34,402 nucleotides of DNA. It comes from a virus (Duplodnaviria; Caudoviricetes). Shown piece by piece: positions 33,381 to 34,402 of the stretch. The notes under the pieces were generated by a model, which saw nothing but the letters and a program-made list of their open reading frames with translations, ran no database searches and was not told the DNA's origin. The DNA lies in the IMG/VR virus record IMGVR_UViG_3300012352_000557, positions 1 to 34,402 of that record. One strand, 5' to 3'. How positions within the stretch are numbered: position 1 is the stretch's first letter; each line of letters begins with the position of its first letter. The position numbers were made by a program, and so were the translations under genes.

Positions 33381-34400
33381 TTATGCCATCAAATCGCCGA
33401 TAGCCATCCAAGTGTTAGTTCCTGGACGCTTAATCAAAGTGGCAGACGACCACTGAGCTCGAATCTTTAGTCCAGGGGTGGCATTGATGGTCACATTTCC
33501 ATTGACTGGCTTAAGCGTCACTATTCCAGTACCAGTTCGAACAATAGTTATCTGATTGCCTGTAGAAAAAGCTACTGAAGACTCTTCAGGAACAGTTAAA
33601 TCTACGTTAGAGCTGCTTGATATTTCTACAACCTGACCGTTGTCAGACAAAGCTAGAGTATATCCCGCAGTTTGCTGGTTAAAAGAGTAGCTATATGATG
33701 ATGGTCCAGTTGGGCCCGTGTCGCCCTGAGGGCCTTGATCGCCAGTGGCACCAGTAGGCCCAGTTACGCTAGGGCCTGTTGGTCCGCTCTCTCCTTGGGA
33801 GCCTGTACCGCCAGTTGGACCTGTTGGTCCCTGATCACCCTGACTGCCTTGAGGACCAGTAGGACCCTGATCTCCTTGAGAACCAGTTGGTCCGACTTCA
33901 CCCTGAGGACCAGTGACACCTTGGATACCTTGATCACCCTGCGGACCAGTAGGTCCTACGTCACCCTGTGGACCCGTAGGACCAGCCACCGTAGAATCTG
34001 CACCAGTTGGCCCAGTCGGGCCCTGATCTCCTTGAGGACCAGTAGGCCCCTCGACACCTTGATCACCCTGAGGACCCGTTGCTCCAACATCCCCCTGAGA
34101 ACCAGTTGGTCCTACATCACCCTGAGGACCTGTTACACCTTGTATACCCTGATCGCCTTGCAGTCCAGTAGGGCCGGTATCTCCTTGCGGACCAGTCGGA
34201 CCAGCAACCGTAGAGTCCGCACCAGTTGGGCCAGTAGCACCTGTAGGTCCAGTCTCACCCTGGGGACCAGTTGCACCCGTAGGGCCGACACCCCCCTGAG
34301 GACCAGTGGCTCCTCTATCTGCGACAGGTGTCCAAGATGCATTTATTGTTCCTGGCTCTGGCGGATATCCCGGGTTATTTGGGTTTCCAGTTCGGTAATA
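33381..34400 (-). CDS. Collagen-like tail fibre protein, 5' truncated (extends beyond the ORF-track start at 33989)
   Basis: Frame is open to the window end: [41 protein letters not shown]...; C-terminal YTLALSD...LTVP...F..G.QI...QWSSATLIK...W..IGDL domain. Confidence 0.9.
   Translation of the reverse strand, partial: YYRTGNPNNPGYPPEPGTINASWTPVADRGATGPQGGVGPTGATGPQGETGPTGATGPTGADSTVAGPTGPQGDTGPTGLQGDQGIQGVTGPQGDVGPTGSQGDVGATGPQGDQGVEGPTGPQGDQGPTGPTGADSTVAGPTGPQGDVGPTGPQGDQGIQGVTGPQGEVGPTGSQGDQGPTGPQGSQGDQGPTGPTGGTGSQGESGPTGPSVTGPTGATGDQGPQGDTGPTGPSSYSYSFNQQTAGYTLALSDNGQVVEISSSSNVDLTVPEESSVAFSTGNQITIVRTGTGIVTLKPVNGNVTINATPGLKIRAQWSSATLIKRPGTNTWMAIGDLMA
33699..34313 (-). repeat. Gly-X-Y collagen repeat (about 200 aa), rich in GPT/GPQ/GDQ, with duplicated [15 protein letters not shown] interruptions
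   Basis: 9-bp periodic cc(a/t)/gg pattern in the DNA; translation. Confidence 0.95.
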
Positions 34401-34402
34401 AA

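Larger units (their letters stand above)
1..34402. mobile_element. Tailed dsDNA bacteriophage (Caudoviricetes, siphovirus-like) genome segment, probable actinobacterial host
   Basis: Dense, overlapping genes (TAATG/ATGA junctions) with tape measure, Dit, tail chaperone, PolA, primase-helicase and WhiB; no host housekeeping genes, integrase or att site seen. Confidence 0.96.

Noticed and set aside
33699-34313. Periodic DNA repeats as a CRISPR array or satellite
   Set aside because: The 9-bp periodicity is fully explained by Gly-X-Y coding on the minus strand
1-34402. Stop-codon reassignment, tRNA genes, integrase, reverse transcriptase/DGR
   Set aside because: The standard code gives near-complete coding density with TAA, TAG and TGA all used as stops; no cloverleaf, recombinase or RT motifs seen

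Overview
The whole window is part of a tailed dsDNA phage genome (siphovirus-type). A WhiB regulator, an MSMEG_6728-like glycosylase and leaderless promoters point to an actinobacterial host; a low-GC freshwater Microbacteriaceae-like host is a guess. Layout: (1) + strand tail module, 1-13.6 kb: end of a probable major tail protein, head-tail proteins, frameshifting tail assembly chaperone, tape measure, Dit, hub and an S74-capped central fibre. (2) + strand replication/recombination block, 14.1-23.7 kb: Tyr762-type PolA, RuvC-like resolvase, SNF2 helicase, Cas4-like nuclease, Sak4-like ATPase, DUF669 SSB, a GT-B-like glycosyltransferase, a pyrimidine-dimer-glycosylase-like protein and a WhiB-zinc ribbon fusion. 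(3) - strand genes, 23.7-27.7 kb: a membrane protein, a Zn/HTH protein, a metallophosphoesterase and two GT2-TPR glycosyltransferases. (4) + strand Prim-Pol/D5 primase-helicase. (5) - strand fibre cassette, 30.6-34.4 kb: a Gly-Pro-Thr collagen fibre, an FN3 protein with mucin-like Thr stalks, two small proteins and a GT60/GT27-like transferase. The best candidate for a new system is phage-encoded protein O-glycosylation: three protein-type glycosyltransferases plus Thr-rich collagen and mucin-like virion appendages. A fourth, possibly DNA-directed, glycosyltransferase sits in the replication block. All family assignments come from motif recognition by eye; no searches were run.
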